IMG/VR virus record: IMGVR_UViG_3300007231_000037
Location: 1-26,669 of that record
Direction: 5' to 3' (one strand)
DNA: 26,669 nt
From: a virus
Taxonomy: Duplodnaviria > Caudoviricetes
The notes below the pieces were generated by a model. The model was not told the origin of the DNA, did not search any database, and saw nothing but the letters and a program-made list of their open reading frames with translations. Of this stretch, positions 24,094 to 26,669 are shown piece by piece (within the stretch, counting starts at the first letter, position 1; the number at the start of each line of letters is the position of its first letter). A program made the position numbers and the translations under genes.

Positions 24094-24938
24094 TTAATCG
24101 AAGTCCCATCCTTCATAGGCAACCATTCGGTTTTAGGTTTGTTCGCAATAGCCCAGTGCCACTCATTGGACTGATTGTCTGCACCCCTCATCTGTATGTG
24201 TACCATCTTAGTGTTCTTGGTACGGGGATCTACTGCGGTGCGTATAAACGATTTGGTATTGTCATAAGGACACCACGTGATGTATCTATTCCATTCGTTA
24301 TCCAGTTCTACAAAGTCAATGTCCATAGAACATGCCATGGCATGGAGATATCCTTGGTCTGTACCATACACCTTACCACGACATGCCGGATCTCCTTCTA
24401 CCATATCCACGTAGTCTTTGAATGGTTGAAACTGTTCACGACACTTGCGGAGACCCGCATTAGAGTATAACACAACACCAGAGTTGTACACTTTGGGTCG
24501 ACCATCCATATCCATAGGGGGCGCACAACCATACTTCTCTGTGACTAGACGAGACCACGTTAGTTCGGTTACCTTGTTACACTGTTTCTTTAGTTTAGGG
24601 TCGAAACGATATTGGGTCTGTAGAGGTTCTGTCGCCATTGCGAGTTCACCGGTAAACGTTTCGAAAATGTTTTCATCACAGGTATCAAGGGGAAAGATAT
24701 CCGTGTCACAGAACATGACCTTGTCATACTCAAGGAAGTCATCATTAAACACTGGTTTAAAACATCCATAGTAAGGGGTTACCCTACCGAGTCCGAACGA
24801 CTTACCAAAGTTTGCGTTAAGATCAAAAATATAGTCTGCACCAATCTTCTCTGCATATGCTCTCATACAGTCAGATCCATACTGTGCGGATGGACGAACC
24901 TTGCCATCCCAGTACTGATAGATTAGATTTTTAGACAC
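24090..24938 (-). CDS. GT-A glycosyltransferase (GT8/GT34-like)
   Basis: Likely GTG start at 24938 after AAGGAG; YAEKIGADY, YDKVMFCDTDIF, YNSGVVL, DQGYL, LDNEWN, MVH. Confidence 0.8.
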   Translation of the reverse strand: MSKNLIYQYWDGKVRPSAQYGSDCMRAYAEKIGADYIFDLNANFGKSFGLGRVTPYYGCFKPVFNDDFLEYDKVMFCDTDIFPLDTCDENIFETFTGELAMATEPLQTQYRFDPKLKKQCNKVTELTWSRLVTEKYGCAPPMDMDGRPKVYNSGVVLYSNAGLRKCREQFQPFKDYVDMVEGDPACRGKVYGTDQGYLHAMACSMDIDFVELDNEWNRYITWCPYDNTKSFIRTAVDPRTKNTKMVHIQMRGADNQSNEWHWAIANKPKTEWLPMKDGTSIK

Positions 24939-25866
24939 TGTGATACTCCTTGTACCAATCCACGAAGTTTTGAACACCCTCTTCGATGGAGGTTTTAGGG
25001 GCATACCCAAGTTTCTTTAGTTTGGTAGTATCCGATGCAGTTGCCTTTGCGTCTGCGGGATGCATGGGGCCATATTCGATGATCGCCTTCTTACCCAATG
25101 TGTCTTGAATCGCATCAACGAATCGTTGTAACTCCACAACTTCTCCTCGTCCAATAGAGTACATATCACGGGGAGTCATGTTATCAGTAACACATTCGAT
25201 ACCCTGCACAATGTCATCAACGTAGGTAAAGTCTCTTTGCATATCACCGTTGTTAAACAGGGTAATAGGATTACCTGCAAGGATGTTCTTGGTGAAGTCA
25301 AATAGTGCCATGTCAGGACGACCCCATGGCCCATATACAGTGAAGAACCGTAGACCTACTGCGTTGGGTATCTTGGAGATATGGAACTGTGACTCAGTAA
25401 TTGCCTTGGTGTAACCATAGGGATTGATCTGTTGGAACAGGTACTCGGGTTCACCCCATGGTAATGGGTTACCGTGCATTACACAGGAGGTAGATGCGTA
25501 GATTACGTTCTGAGTCTTCCAGTTCTCCATCGCACGGATCAGGTTAAGAGTACCCTTACAGTTAGTATCAATGTACTCGTCTGCATTGTTCATGGAGTAT
25601 CGTACACCTGCCATTGCTGCAAGGTGAATAACCAGATCTGGACGTTTCTCTTCTATGATACGCATCATCTGGACTTCATCACGTAGATCTGCATACTTAA
25701 AGTCTACTCCATTCTCACGGAGTTTCTGGATTCGTACTTCTTTTAATTCAGGATCATAGTAACTATTACAGTTATCAAATCCGGTAACGTCATGGCCCAG
25801 TTCTTTCATCCGTATTGCGGTATGCATACCAATGAAACCGGCGATACCGGTGATCATAATCTTCAT
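24931..25866 (-). CDS. NAD-dependent nucleotide-sugar epimerase (UDP-glucuronate 4-epimerase-like)
   Basis: TGIAGFIG, HLAAMAGVRYS, YGYTK, LRFFTVYGPWGRPDMALF.FT, RDFTYVDDIV. Confidence 0.92.
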   Translation of the reverse strand: MKIMITGIAGFIGMHTAIRMKELGHDVTGFDNCNSYYDPELKEVRIQKLRENGVDFKYADLRDEVQMMRIIEEKRPDLVIHLAAMAGVRYSMNNADEYIDTNCKGTLNLIRAMENWKTQNVIYASTSCVMHGNPLPWGEPEYLFQQINPYGYTKAITESQFHISKIPNAVGLRFFTVYGPWGRPDMALFDFTKNILAGNPITLFNNGDMQRDFTYVDDIVQGIECVTDNMTPRDMYSIGRGEVVELQRFVDAIQDTLGKKAIIEYGPMHPADAKATASDTTKLKKLGYAPKTSIEEGVQNFVDWYKEYHSV

Positions 25867-26546
25867 TCAATTATTCCTTTTTGTACTAACTTTCTGTAGT
25901 TAAGTATCTTGTCTTGTTTGGGGGAGGGTCTTCCCGGTGTGTTCTTCATTTTCCTACGAACATGAATTATATATCCTTCGCTTACGTTTTCCTCAAACGA
26001 CGACATATTCCACTTGTCATCATCTAAGTATAGGGAAGGATCTTCCTTTAAATCTGCACGTACTGCGAGACGGTGCATGATACCCTCGTCTTCGTAGTTG
26101 TTATGAAACTGTTTGATCTCATGTTCATGTATCTGTTCACGGAGTTTGATTCTGATATCTTTCTCTAACCGGTAGATTGAACCCCCCCAGTATGGATATC
26201 GTTCGTCTCCTAACAGAGGGAAACGATTGGCCAGTTTCTTTCTCAGGGATGGTTGGATACCATAGTGTCTACCAATACCAGTATCATCTGTAAAGATGTT
26301 CTTGGTCAAACCTTTACGAGTGAACATGTCAATGTCCATCATAACCACGATGTCATAATTATCGAACCTACGATCTAGCATAACCATCTTCTGACAGGGC
26401 GCACTCAATCCCTCACGGAAAGCGTTACCTTGGACTAACTCATAGTCCGCACCACAGAACTCTGCATATTCTTTGATGGACTTCTGAGACTTCTTCTCTA
26501 ACTCACCCATTGGGCCAGTCCAGTGTTGCAAGATTATATATTTCAT
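25863..26546 (-). CDS. GT-A glycosyltransferase-like protein
   Basis: Likely start MKYIILQHW at 26546 (TAATG coupling); YAEFCGADY, YDIVVMMDIDMF, DEGIM, KWN, IIH. Resembles 24090-24938. Confidence 0.75.
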   Translation of the reverse strand: MKYIILQHWTGPMGELEKKSQKSIKEYAEFCGADYELVQGNAFREGLSAPCQKMVMLDRRFDNYDIVVMMDIDMFTRKGLTKNIFTDDTGIGRHYGIQPSLRKKLANRFPLLGDERYPYWGGSIYRLEKDIRIKLREQIHEHEIKQFHNNYEDEGIMHRLAVRADLKEDPSLYLDDDKWNMSSFEENVSEGYIIHVRRKMKNTPGRPSPKQDKILNYRKLVQKGIIE

Positions 26547-26668
26547 TATAACAAGGCACTCCAATCCGTATCTTCTGGCATCATCTCAAGTTTAACATCC
26601 AACCCAACTGAATATTTTGCAGTAGATTCCTGCATTTTTTTCCATTGACCGGCAGTATTCATTCTTAG
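26546..26668 (-). CDS. 3' end of an upstream gene (partial, off right edge)
   Basis: Open frame ...LRMNTAGQWKKMQESTAKYSVGLDVKLEMMPEDTDWSALL-stop, whose TAA overlaps the next ATG. Confidence 0.5.
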   Translation of the reverse strand, partial: LRMNTAGQWKKMQESTAKYSVGLDVKLEMMPEDTDWSALL

Positions 26669-26669
26669 T

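Noticed and set aside
1-26669. tRNA, rRNA, intron or intein
   Set aside because: No intergenic space or cloverleaf signature seen; recognisable genes are of normal length and uninterrupted. Checked by eye only.

Overview
Fragment of a T4-like myophage genome, most likely a marine/aquatic non-cyanobacterial type (host not determinable from this window). Left to right: (1) 1-9984, a baseplate/tail/head-completion block: a large amidase-domain protein running off the left edge, then gp5-N with a tail-lysozyme-like domain, a hub protein, gp53, gp48, divergent late promoters, gp4, gp2, gp54-like, gp26, a gp51-like segment and a tape-measure-like gene. (2) 9981-14726, a replication/transcription/auxiliary block: gp32, DUF2452-like, metK, gp33, a pyrimidine-dimer-glycosylase-like gene and dCMP deaminase. 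(3) 14723-17553, an array of small early ORFs separated by repeated sigma70-type promoter modules. (4) 17587-19418, an operon of a PD-(D/E)XK nuclease, heme oxygenase and PcyX-like bilin reductase. (5) 19492-26669, a tightly coupled glycan-modification cluster. Two signals stand out. One is a probable -1 ribosomal frameshift (T TTT TTT) fusing gp26 to an ATG-less gp51-like ORF just upstream of the tape measure gene. The other is a GTGAC-N16-GTCA(C/T) palindrome placed exactly 9 bp upstream of the -35 box at four early promoters. All product calls come from motif recognition by eye, not database searches.
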